Shown piece after piece: positions 18,107-26,887 of a stretch of 64,000 bases of DNA. Made by a program: the position numbers and the translations under genes. Where the stretch lies: contig JBOEGF010000014.1 of assembly GCA_050633305.1 (NCBI GenBank), positions 64,001 to 128,000 of the forward strand, written 5' to 3'. The notes under the pieces are model-generated. The model was not told where the DNA came from. It did not search any database and saw only the letters and a program-made list of their open reading frames with translations. The DNA is from Nannocystales bacterium (GTDB lineage: Bacteria > Myxococcota_A > Polyangia > Nannocystales > Nannocystaceae). The stretch's first letter is position 1; each line of letters begins with the position of its first letter.

Positions 18107-19267
18107 CTACGCGTCCTCGCCCTGCTCGCGCTCCATCGCGATCCCGCTTGCCTCGGTCTTGCGAGCCTCAGCCTTGCGCTTCGCTACATACAGCCGTTCT
18201 CCGCGATCCGTCACCCGACCGACTGGGATGAGAGACGCGTCGCGTTGCGGCGGTGCAGTGTCCATTCCTCGCTCCGCCCGTGTGAACCGCTTCTTCCACT
18301 GTGGGAACGTCAGCGGCTTCTGACTCGGGTCCGTGCCATCGCCCAGAACGTGCTCGACCACGGGTTGGAGCGGAACGAACACGGGGTGGAGTTCGGCGGG
18401 GTCATACCCATCGCCGCGGTCGAACAACCCGCCGCAGATCGATCGCAGCGAACATGCATCGCAGGCCTCGGTGTAGATGTGTCCCCAGGCGGTCTGCCGT
18501 ACGGTCTGCTTGTCGTCCAGGAAGTGAACGATGCGTTCTTCTCCTTTGACGATCTTGCGGGTCTCGGTGCTGGCCCACGCGAAGTCGGTCATGTAGCACA
18601 GCGGAACCTTCTCCACGCGGAAGGTCCGGCCGCTGCGATGCAGGAGCTTCATCGCTCGGTGCAGCGAGAGCTCAAACTCGGCCAGCCGGGGGGTGAATGT
18701 GGCCTGGTTGACCTCGGCACGACCCATCGAGGGGTCGAGGTTGTTCCAGACGAAGTGCCGGATGTGCGGGTGCTGCTTCACCAACACGCGGATGTTCTCG
18801 TGTAGGTGGTCGGCGTTGAGCTTGTTGATGACGCAGTTGATGTTGACTTCGATTCCGAATCGAGCCGCGTTGTCAATGGCGGCGTAGGCTTTGGACAGGG
18901 TGTCTTCGGTGCCGCGGAGCCTGGCCTCGATCTCGGGTCGAACCGAGTAGACCGACACGTGGACCAGCCGAACGCCCGCCTCGGCCAGCGCCTGGGCGAA
19001 GTCGGGTTGTGAGAGCCGCGAGCCGTTGGTGATGAGCCGAACATGCAGTCCTTGCTCGCTTGCGTAGGCGGCGATCTTGGGGAGCTCGGGGTGCAGCGTT
19101 GGTTCGCCCCCGGTGAGGATGATGCCGAAGTATCCGCGCTCGACAAAGTCGTCGACGAGCACGCGCATGCTGTCGAAGTCGTGGGTGTACGGCGTCGTCG
19201 GGTTCGAGCAGAAGCCGCAGACGTGGTTGCAGTGCCGGACGACCTGCAGGTAGCCGATGTTGGCCAG
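18107..19267 (-). CDS. Radical SAM enzyme (HxsC-like), probable CTG start
   Basis: The frame upstream of ATG 19168 reads LANIGYLQVVRHCNHVCGFCSNP; then ILTGGEPTLHP, ITNGSRL, VEKVPLCYM, CDACSLRSICGG. There is an in-frame TAG at 19273-19271. Confidence 0.85.
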   Translation of the reverse strand: MANIGYLQVVRHCNHVCGFCSNPTTPYTHDFDSMRVLVDDFVERGYFGIILTGGEPTLHPELPKIAAYASEQGLHVRLITNGSRLSQPDFAQALAEAGVRLVHVSVYSVRPEIEARLRGTEDTLSKAYAAIDNAARFGIEVNINCVINKLNADHLHENIRVLVKQHPHIRHFVWNNLDPSMGRAEVNQATFTPRLAEFELSLHRAMKLLHRSGRTFRVEKVPLCYMTDFAWASTETRKIVKGEERIVHFLDDKQTVRQTAWGHIYTEACDACSLRSICGGLFDRGDGYDPAELHPVFVPLQPVVEHVLGDGTDPSQKPLTFPQWKKRFTRAERGMDTAPPQRDASLIPVGRVTDRGERLYVAKRKAEARKTEASGIAMEREQGEDA

Positions 19268-19378
19268 AGTCTACACAGTCTACCCGCCCTCTTGCGATCG
19301 GGGCACCACAGTCGCGCGCACCGACACGAATGTCGCGGTGTGGGGCGAGGTGGCGCGGCGGTTACACGGATGGAAGCT

Positions 19379-19394
19379 TGGCACGGCAGTTGTA
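19379..19394 (+). promoter_or_regulatory. Possible sigma-54 -24/-12 promoter
   Basis: TGGCACG-GCAG-TTGTA matches TGGCACG-N4-TTGC except for GC->GT; about 75 nt upstream of the next CDS. Confidence 0.4.
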
Positions 19395-19467
19395 TTCAAG
19401 GCCGTCGGCTTGACTGGATTGGCGGCGAAGCTCCTTGGGGGAGAGCGCTGCAGAATTGGCTTGGTGA

Positions 19468-20241
19468 ATGGGACAACTTCTAGGTCTGATGACGAGCCTG
19501 CTCGAACAACACGAGCAGGTTCCGGGTTGCTGGGGTGGTACGACGGCGGTGGCGGATGCTGCTCGCGCGCTGCGGGGCCGAGGTCATGCCTCGATCTGCC
19601 CTTCCATGACGTTCGCCTCGGGTGCGGACGACGTGGTGGGATCCTGGTTGGCTGAGGCTGCGCATGCGGAGAGTGGCTCTTGGATGGCGTTGCGGGCGGT
19701 TGGGCGAGAGCTCCGAGCCCACGACGCGCCGCGAGAGTTGGTGAGCACGGCCCGCGCTGTCTCGGCAGCCGCGCTCAACAATGCGGCGATGCTCGAGACG
19801 CTTGCGTTGCGGTGGGGTGTTCGGCCTCGACAGCCCAAGGTGGTGTCGATCGCGGTTCGGCCCTTGGAGTCCCTCGCGGTCGAGAACGCGATGGAGGGCT
19901 GTGTGCGCGAGACTTGGGCTGCACTGGAGGCGCGGTACCAATCATTGGCGGCCCGTGACCCCGTGATTCGCCGAACGATGGAGCGAGTCGCGTGCGATGG
20001 AGTCCGACATGCGGAGTTCTCGTGGGCAGTCGATGCTTGGGCGCGCCGCCGCCTGGAGCGCGAGGCCCGAAAGCGTGTCGAACGGTCTCGCCTGGATGCT
20101 GCGCAGGACCTTCTGGGTGCCCTGTGCATCGAGAGGCAACGGGATCTGTGCGTGGAAGCGGGCCTTCCGACCGTCGCGACCGCGCGGGGGTTGGCAGGGG
20201 CGCTTTGCGAAGCGCTCTGGTCACCGATCCTTGCGAACTGA
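19468..20241 (+). CDS. Myxobacterial ferritin-like domain protein (degenerate metal ligands)
   Basis: RELRAHDAPRELV, LAVENAMEGCVRETWAALEA..Q...A.DP.IR, RHAEFSWAVDAW, GLP. Confidence 0.7.
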   Translation: MGQLLGLMTSLLEQHEQVPGCWGGTTAVADAARALRGRGHASICPSMTFASGADDVVGSWLAEAAHAESGSWMALRAVGRELRAHDAPRELVSTARAVSAAALNNAAMLETLALRWGVRPRQPKVVSIAVRPLESLAVENAMEGCVRETWAALEARYQSLAARDPVIRRTMERVACDGVRHAEFSWAVDAWARRRLEREARKRVERSRLDAAQDLLGALCIERQRDLCVEAGLPTVATARGLAGALCEALWSPILAN

Positions 20242-20254
20242 GTTCACCGTCGGG

Positions 20255-21271
20255 ATGCTGTATCGTCCTCGTGACGTGAGCGGGACGAAGTGGACAAAGG
20301 GTGTTCTGTGGGCAGCGGTGCTGGTTGCGGCTGGATGCCCGGCGGACTCGGACGAGACAGGATCTGGCACGGATGGTGAGACGTCGACCGGCGATGTCGC
20401 GACGACGGGCACGGACCCTTCGGGCACCACCGCTGAGCCGGGCTCGACTTCGGGTGTCAACGAGAGCGAGACGTCCGACGGGGATAGCTCGAGTGGCGCT
20501 GCCGAGGAGACCGGCGACCCCTCGGGAGGCGATGTGTGCGGCGACATCCCGACGCGCATGATGTTCTTCGGGGACAGTCTGTTCGCCTGCTTTGGGCAAG
20601 ACGGAAAGATCGAGTCGGAGACGTGCAGTGCTCGTCTCTCGCACGAGTACCTGGCCGAGAACTACGCACCCGATGCGACCTACGAAAACCTGGCGGTCAG
20701 TGGAGCGGTCACCCGGGATGTGGTCAACATGCAGCTTCCCGGAGCGCCCGTAGGCATGCCCGGGCACACGCTGGTGGTCGTTTGGGTGGGAGGCAACGAC
20801 ATCTCGCCGCTTCTGTTGCAGTCGGATGCGGCGGCTGAGGATGCGTACCGCAACGAGCTTGTCCCCGAGTTTGAGATGCTCTGGGATGGGATCGAAGCTT
20901 GGGTCGACGACCCCGCGAACTTCCCCGACGGTGCGACGCTGATCATCAACACCCAGTTCAATCCTTTTGACGACTGCAGCGCTGACCCGTACGCGTTCAT
21001 GAGTCCGCTCAAGACGCAGCTGCTCGGCGAGTACAACGACACCCTCAGAGCGCGGGTCGACGCGCGACCCAACACCTACCTCTCCGACCAGTACCCCGTG
21101 TTCCTGGGCCATGGGCACCACTTCGGAACCGAGGGCTGTCCCAACTACGCGGACGGGTCCGCGTACTGGATGCTGGGCGGCGCAGACTTGGTGCACCCCA
21201 ACGGACTCGGCCACGTCTCGATCGCTGGTACGCTCAACGGGGCGCTCGACGAAGTGTTCGCCTGCGAGTGA
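20255..21271 (+). CDS. SGNH/GDSL hydrolase lipoprotein
   Basis: Lipobox VAAGC, S/T/G linker, FGDS, NLAVSGA, VGGND, DLVHPN. Start uncertain (ATG 20255 or GTG 20276). Confidence 0.85.
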   Translation: MLYRPRDVSGTKWTKGVLWAAVLVAAGCPADSDETGSGTDGETSTGDVATTGTDPSGTTAEPGSTSGVNESETSDGDSSSGAAEETGDPSGGDVCGDIPTRMMFFGDSLFACFGQDGKIESETCSARLSHEYLAENYAPDATYENLAVSGAVTRDVVNMQLPGAPVGMPGHTLVVVWVGGNDISPLLLQSDAAAEDAYRNELVPEFEMLWDGIEAWVDDPANFPDGATLIINTQFNPFDDCSADPYAFMSPLKTQLLGEYNDTLRARVDARPNTYLSDQYPVFLGHGHHFGTEGCPNYADGSAYWMLGGADLVHPNGLGHVSIAGTLNGALDEVFACE

Positions 21272-21273
21272 GC

Positions 21274-22593
21274 TCAGCCGCCGACCTGGGCAAACATCTG
21301 ACCGAAGAAGTCGGTGTAGGTGCTGGAGCAGACCGAGAACAGCGAAGTGCCCACTTGGTCCCCGTCTTGTGTGAACTCCAGCATCCGCACCGGGGGCACG
21401 GCCTCAATTCCACCACCCAGGCACCCAGAGCCGATCCCGAAGGTCGCCTGGAACGAGTTCGGGTTCGAGGCATCGGGGCCGTCGGCGTAGACGACGTCTT
21501 CGGGCCCCTCGTAGAAGTCCGGGACCCCGGTGATGCCGTACGTGTAGACGCCTGCGCCTGCGACCTTGCTCGCCCGAATGGAAGCAAGACTTTTGGCGTA
21601 TCGCGCGAGTGGACGAATGACGGAGTCGGCTTCGCTTGTCGCATCGGAGCCATCCACAGCCTTGTCATGTGCAACACAAGCGTCGTACTGCGGCGTGCCC
21701 GGGCCTGAGCATTGAACCCCGGCGTTCCAGCAGACGGCGGACGTGGGGGAGATCTGCACATCGGGAAGCGACCAGAACACCTGGTTCCCGACCGATTCCT
21801 CACCCACCACGGTTTGTTCGTGGGTGGGATTGAGGGAGCAGTCGACCTCGTCGGTTACGAAGATCACCACGAGGTGTGCGTTGGGTCGGATGAAACCGTT
21901 CTCCGCGGAGCCCGGGGTCTCGCTCAGGGCCATCGCGAGGTGCATCGCCTCGAGCGGCTGTTCGAAGCCACAGCCGTTGATCCCCATCGGAAGAGAGCAC
22001 GTCAGGGCATCGACCATCGACGTGCCAGCGAGAGTGTTCGAGGACAACCATGGCGGTGCGCCGGGGGCCAAGGACAGTTCGTCGAGGCCGCACAGGTCGG
22101 CGCAAGCTTCGTTGTACGCGTCCGTGTCGGTGCCGACGAAGTAGAAGTCTTCGGAACGACTACGACAACTGGCGGGTGGGACCAGGTGCCCATTGTCGGG
22201 GTCGCCCGTTGCTGAACCCACGCACCAGTAGTTCCCGTTGTCCGTCGTCGTCGATCCGATCCGGTAGTCCAAGCCTGTCGCGTCGAGAGCCGCCACGATG
22301 GAAGCGGCGCTCTCCTGAAGCCGTCGTTGCGCCGCTTCCATGGAACCGGAGTTGTCGAGCACGAACAAGACGTCGAGTCCCTCGACATCCCCTTCTGGCT
22401 GGGCGTCGGTGTCGCTGTCCGTCGTTGTGCCCGCACTCTCGGCCGTCGATGTTCCATCCGTCTGAGCGGTGTCGCCTGCGCTGCCCGAGCCTCCCTCTGT
22501 TTCTCCAGGGAGGTCGCCGAGGTCGATGCTGGGGTTGCAGCCGAGGGTCACGGGAGTGGAGAGGATGAGCAGGGCGGTCAGGTAGGATTTCAC
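21274..22593 (-). CDS. vWA-like myxobacterial lipoprotein
   Basis: Lipobox TLGC, DVLFVLDNSGSM (MIDAS DxSxS), GINGCGFEQPLEAM, FIRPNAHLVVIFVTDEVDCS; GGAG before GTG 22593. Confidence 0.8.
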   Translation of the reverse strand: MKSYLTALLILSTPVTLGCNPSIDLGDLPGETEGGSGSAGDTAQTDGTSTAESAGTTTDSDTDAQPEGDVEGLDVLFVLDNSGSMEAAQRRLQESAASIVAALDATGLDYRIGSTTTDNGNYWCVGSATGDPDNGHLVPPASCRSRSEDFYFVGTDTDAYNEACADLCGLDELSLAPGAPPWLSSNTLAGTSMVDALTCSLPMGINGCGFEQPLEAMHLAMALSETPGSAENGFIRPNAHLVVIFVTDEVDCSLNPTHEQTVVGEESVGNQVFWSLPDVQISPTSAVCWNAGVQCSGPGTPQYDACVAHDKAVDGSDATSEADSVIRPLARYAKSLASIRASKVAGAGVYTYGITGVPDFYEGPEDVVYADGPDASNPNSFQATFGIGSGCLGGGIEAVPPVRMLEFTQDGDQVGTSLFSVCSSTYTDFFGQMFAQVGG

Positions 22594-22678
22594 AAGCGAC
22601 TCCAGGATATGTCCACGCCACAGCGACGCGCACGGTTCGATGCGGGAAGGAGCCCGAGAAGGGCGGGGGGATAGTTGA

Positions 22679-23470
22679 CTACTCGCAGGCCGCTTCGATG
22701 CGATCTCGGTGCATCGACTCGGGCCAGCGTTTGTGGAAACGGGATGCGGTGGTGGGACCTGCGGCGTCGCCGGACTCGCACACTGCGAGGGCCCGCAACG
22801 CTTCCCGGTCTTCTGCAAAGGCACCCGACGGATAGGTCGTTGCGTGCCGTCGCGCCAGGTTCAGCACATGCTCATGAGCGCTGCTTCGGAGAGCTGTTTG
22901 CATGCGCTGAATCAACGCGAGCTCCTCCTGAACCGAGGCCTTCGGCTTCGCGGGCGGGCGGACCCGGGTAGGCTTGCTATCGGCACGCGGAGTTCGGGAC
23001 GCCGCATGGGCTGGTGGAGTTGGAGGTGTTGGCTGGGGCCGGACCGCCGGATCGGCTGGCTGGAGCGGCGGTTGCTTGGGCACTGCCGTTGCGGTCGGGA
23101 CGTTCCGAGGCGGGCCCGATGAAGGGCGGGGGGGGCTCGTCGCCGCTCCGCGACCCTGGGGTGTCGAAGAAGCGCGCTCGGTCACCCGGGCCTCGTCGCC
23201 TTCGTCCAAGGTGGTGACACCGACGGCTCCGCCCCCGACGAGTGTGGTTGCGAGCACGACTTTGCCGGCGGTCGTGGAGAGGACGCCCGAGAGCTTTCCA
23301 AGCCCGAGCTTGCCGAGGGTGGAGGCCTTGGCCGTGGCCGTGGGGGCTCCGACGATCGGGACGACGGAAACGAAGCCGCGCTCGATCGAGCGCCAGACCT
23401 CGACGGTTTCGGACTCTGTGGCTTCCGCTGGGGCGGAGCGCTCCGCTGCGATCAGGTCGTCGAGGTTCAT
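22679..23470 (-). CDS. Putative anti-sigma factor (TM, Pro-rich linker, C-terminal TPR-like helices)
   Basis: ATGA overlap with the sigma; Gly/Ala TM; EELALIQR...H...YPSGAFAEDREAL..LAVC...F..RWPESMH. Confidence 0.75.
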   Translation of the reverse strand: MNLDDLIAAERSAPAEATESETVEVWRSIERGFVSVVPIVGAPTATAKASTLGKLGLGKLSGVLSTTAGKVVLATTLVGGGAVGVTTLDEGDEARVTERASSTPQGRGAATSPPRPSSGPPRNVPTATAVPKQPPLQPADPAVRPQPTPPTPPAHAASRTPRADSKPTRVRPPAKPKASVQEELALIQRMQTALRSSAHEHVLNLARRHATTYPSGAFAEDREALRALAVCESGDAAGPTTASRFHKRWPESMHRDRIEAACE

Positions 23471-24102
23471 CGAGCGTCTCCCACCTCACGTCGCTCTCGC
23501 GCGTGCTGTCGTTGTACTGCGCGTTCGAGCTCGGCTCGGGCGAGACGGAGCCGGGAGTAGACGGTGGCGGGCTTGATGCCGAGAACCGATGCGATCTCGG
23601 GCGCGGTCATTTCCTCGAGCTCAGCCATGATGAACACGGCGCGCTTGTCCTCACCGAGCTGTTGCAAGAGGTCGCGAAGCGTACGTGCGGCGTCAGCCTG
23701 GCCGTGAGGGTCGGTGTGGGTCCCGGGGCGGGTCAGCCCATACTGCTCTCGTCGCTTCTGTTCCCGCGCGTAGTCGCGACGCTTCGAGCGGGCGATTCGC
23801 AAGCAGATCGCGAACAACCAAGTCTTGATCGACGCGCGCGCTTCGAACTCGGAGAGGCGTCGGGCGACAACCATGAACACGTCATGCGTCGCGTCAGACA
23901 GCGCGGGGTCGGCGACGCCAAGTCGGGCGAGGGACCGCCAGACGAAGCGCTGATGCTGGCGGTATACGTCTTCGAGGGCTTGCTTGGCGCTCGCCTGTTC
24001 TCCGGCCCGCCCAGGCTCGGAGAGCGGCGGGGCGGTCGGGCCGACCGCGGCGGCGAGGGCTTCCACGCCCAGTCCGTTCCGCGCCGCCGACGAATCCATC
24101 AC
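23467..24102 (-). CDS. ECF RNA polymerase sigma factor
   Basis: YRQHQRFVWRSLARLGV, DATHDVFMVV.RRL..FEARASIKTWLFAI, KRAVFIMAELEEMTAPEIA..LGI...TVYSRLRLAR. Confidence 0.92.
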   Translation of the reverse strand: MMDSSAARNGLGVEALAAAVGPTAPPLSEPGRAGEQASAKQALEDVYRQHQRFVWRSLARLGVADPALSDATHDVFMVVARRLSEFEARASIKTWLFAICLRIARSKRRDYAREQKRREQYGLTRPGTHTDPHGQADAARTLRDLLQQLGEDKRAVFIMAELEEMTAPEIASVLGIKPATVYSRLRLARAELERAVQRQHARERREVGDAR

Positions 24103-24142
24103 TCAATCTTCGCCCGATCCCGCATTTTTCTTCAAAAGCTGC

Positions 24143-25225
24143 TCACAACGGCTTTCCCAGCCGTATTTCGACCCCTGCAAAGCCGCTGACGCCCACGGGG
24201 AGGGTGCGGGCGACCGTGCCAACGCCGCCGACCTTGTACGCCGGTCGCGCCAGCGGGACCAAGGCCTCAGCCCCTGCCCACAGTCCTGCGCGTGGGAGGA
24301 AGCGCCAGTTGACGTGGGGGCCAGCGCGCACGGCGAGCCAGGTCGGGGCCCGGGTTGCTCGGTCCTCAAGCCCTTCGGGAGTCGAGACCATCTGTCCGAC
24401 CTCCATCCCGCCACAGGGTTCGAGCGAGATGCTCTCGGCGAGCGGAATGCGCCAGCAGCCCCCAGCGGCAATGCCCCATTGCGTGAATCGGACCTGTGCA
24501 GCGTTGTCGACGGCGACCACACGCTGCGGAGCGACGACAGCCTCGAGTGAAACGCGTGCACGGCGGAGAAGCAGGCCGCCGCGCAGGTTGAGGACGCCGA
24601 CCGCCTGGTCGAGCGAGCCGTATCGGACGCCGCCTGCGATGCCGAGGTGCCCACCGACGGTCAGGCGCACCGGGGTGGGGGCGGGCGATCGCAACGGAGC
24701 TGGCTCAGGTTGTGCGGCAGGAACGGGTTCGGGTTCGGGCTGCGGGACCAGCTCGGGCTCAGGCTCGGGAGCCCGCCCCGGCACAGACCCGGGTTCGGGA
24801 ACCAGCTTGGGCTCGGGCTCGGGCTCGGGAACTAGCTCGGGCTCGGGCTCGGGTTCTGGACCCGATGCTTTCTGAGGTGCGGCCGTGGACGGTTGCAGGG
24901 CGATGGCGACGACGAGCGCAGCGGCCTCGCTCGCCTCCCGGCAACTGTCGACGGCCGGAAGCGTTCGCGTCGAGTTTGAGGCGCTGGAGCGCATGCCGAT
25001 GATCGCGGACCAACCCTGAGAACCCTTGGACAAGGTGACGGCAAAGTCCGCGTTCGTCTCGATCTCGTTCAGCGCCACGCCGAGGTTCGCCTCGATCATC
25101 GCTTGACCCTGGGCAGCACCTGGGCAAAGCGCGGGGGCTTCCCATCGCACGGCGGGACTCGCCGTGACAGCGAGGGTCCAGAGTGCTCCAGCGGTGGTCA
25201 GCGCGACCAGCAAGGCGCTGAACAT
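24143..25225 (-). CDS. Exported protein: N-terminal Cys-pair domain, Pro-Glu linker, C-terminal beta-barrel-like domain
   Basis: Signal peptide, WEAPALCP...SCREASEAAALVVAIAL, PEPEPE tract, amphipathic strands ending GVEIRL. Alternative start at 25261. Confidence 0.65.
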   Translation of the reverse strand: MFSALLVALTTAGALWTLAVTASPAVRWEAPALCPGAAQGQAMIEANLGVALNEIETNADFAVTLSKGSQGWSAIIGMRSSASNSTRTLPAVDSCREASEAAALVVAIALQPSTAAPQKASGPEPEPEPELVPEPEPEPKLVPEPGSVPGRAPEPEPELVPQPEPEPVPAAQPEPAPLRSPAPTPVRLTVGGHLGIAGGVRYGSLDQAVGVLNLRGGLLLRRARVSLEAVVAPQRVVAVDNAAQVRFTQWGIAAGGCWRIPLAESISLEPCGGMEVGQMVSTPEGLEDRATRAPTWLAVRAGPHVNWRFLPRAGLWAGAEALVPLARPAYKVGGVGTVARTLPVGVSGFAGVEIRLGKPL

Positions 25226-25259
25226 ACCGCGTCGGCTTGGGTCTGCTACGTTCGGCTGC

Positions 25260-25607
25260 ATGAGCGCGTCTGGCTTCAACGTCGGAAAGTTCCTCGGCCT
25301 CACGGCGGCGCTCGCCGTGGGCGCAGGGGCGGGGGCGGGGGCGTACTACGGCGTGAGGGCTTCGTCGTCGGGTTCGGGCGACGCGGTGCCGAGTCCAGAG
25401 GCGGGCGCAGACACAGACGCTGTACCCGCAGAGCCCCAACCCAAGCTCGACATACCCAGTGGTCCCAAGCGGGACATACCCCCGGTGGACGAACCCTCTG
25501 ACCCCAACAACCTGCGACTCGATGTTCCCGCCCCGTGGGGTGCCGACGTCAAAGGCGGGGGCGGCGGTGGTGGAGGCGGCGGCGGAGTCACGCAAGAGAC
25601 GTTCTGA
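25260..25607 (+). CDS. Small membrane-anchored hypothetical protein (115 aa)
   Basis: TM FLGLTAALAVGAGAGAGAYYGV, Pro-rich middle, poly-Gly tail; TACGTT box 7 nt before the ATG. Confidence 0.6.
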   Translation: MSASGFNVGKFLGLTAALAVGAGAGAGAYYGVRASSSGSGDAVPSPEAGADTDAVPAEPQPKLDIPSGPKRDIPPVDEPSDPNNLRLDVPAPWGADVKGGGGGGGGGGGVTQETF

Positions 25608-25691
25608 CGTTCACAAACAGGCCGCCTGTGCGGCCCTGTCCGCGGAGATCTGCCCCACATCGGATCGCGGATCCGCGGTTATGCTCCGTCG

Positions 25692-26882
25692 GTGAGCCAG
25701 TCGCCTCTTCGTGCCCAAGCCGATGCCCACCTCTACGCGTCGCTGATGAACAACGCCGATGTGCGGCGTGCCGCTGAGGCGGCGCTCGAAGACAGCGAGC
25801 AGGTCAAGGTTCGTCGGCAGCTCCTCTCCACCTCGGTCCGGCTCACGCCCACGTTGGCGCCCGAGCTGCACAAGATGATCGACACGTGCAAGGAGAAGCT
25901 CGAACTCGACTCCAAGTTCGAACCGTACGTCTACCCGGACTCCCAAGCCAACGCCGCCGTCGTCAAGCCGGAGGACGGTCGCGTGTTCCTCTTGTTCAGC
26001 TCGCAGCTGCTCGAGATGTTCGATCAGGGCGAGCTGACGTATGTGGTCGGTCACGAGCTGGGGCACCACAAGTTTGGCCACCACGGCCTGCCGGTTCGCG
26101 CGGTCCTCAAGGGGGCGAAGGTTCGCCACGCGGTGGCGCTGCAGCTGTTCTCCTGGTCACGTTTCGCCGAGGTCTCCGCGGACCGAGCGGGGCTGTACTG
26201 CGCGGGGTCGATCGATGCGGTTGGGCGAGGCTTGTTCAAGCTCGCTTCGGGCCTGCGCGGGACCAAGACCAACCTTGCCGTCGACGCGTTGCTCGCCCAG
26301 ATGGAGGAGATCCGGGCCGACGGTATCGCCACCGGAAACGACGGCGATCGTGGGGAGTGGTTCTCCACCCACCCGTTCAGCCCGCTACGACTCAAGGCCG
26401 CTCAGCTCTTCGCGGGCTCGGAGGCCATGAAGAAGGGCGGAGCCTCGCTGGAGCAGGTCGAGATGGAGGTCGGCTCGGTCATGGGAATCATGGAGCCTGG
26501 CTATCTCAAGGCGAAGACCGACCAAGGGCAGGCGTTGCGCCGAGTGCTGCTGGCTGGCGGCATGATGGTGGCCGCTGCGTCCGGAGACATTTCGGAGGAA
26601 GAAATCGACGCACTCGATGGGTTCCTCGGCGAGGGCACGGTCACCGGCAAGCTCAGCGTGGACGCATTGCGCGACGACCTTCCCTCTCGTGTCAGGGCCG
26701 CGAACGCCGAAGCGCCCGTCATGCGTCGGGCCCAGCTCATCCGCGACCTGTGTGTCATCGCAATCGCCGACGGTCACGCCGACTCGAAGGAGCGCGCCGT
26801 AATGGTCGACATCGCGAAGCAGCTCGAAGTGGATCCTGCGCTCGTCGACGAGACGCTCGAAGCATCGCTCGAGCTAGACTAG
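25692..26882 (+). CDS. M48-family zinc metallopeptidase with C-terminal TerB-like domain
   Basis: ANA, ELTYVVGHELGH, WSRFAEVSADRAG, STHP..PLR; C-terminal IAIADGHADSKERAVM..IA..L. Confidence 0.85.
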   Translation: MSQSPLRAQADAHLYASLMNNADVRRAAEAALEDSEQVKVRRQLLSTSVRLTPTLAPELHKMIDTCKEKLELDSKFEPYVYPDSQANAAVVKPEDGRVFLLFSSQLLEMFDQGELTYVVGHELGHHKFGHHGLPVRAVLKGAKVRHAVALQLFSWSRFAEVSADRAGLYCAGSIDAVGRGLFKLASGLRGTKTNLAVDALLAQMEEIRADGIATGNDGDRGEWFSTHPFSPLRLKAAQLFAGSEAMKKGGASLEQVEMEVGSVMGIMEPGYLKAKTDQGQALRRVLLAGGMMVAAASGDISEEEIDALDGFLGEGTVTGKLSVDALRDDLPSRVRAANAEAPVMRRAQLIRDLCVIAIADGHADSKERAVMVDIAKQLEVDPALVDETLEASLELD

Positions 26883-26887
26883 CCGGG

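Noticed and set aside
24710..24860. GGGCTC tandem tract (also GAGCCT at about 33173-33203)
   Set aside because: Encodes Pro-Glu linkers inside CDSs; not an independent element.
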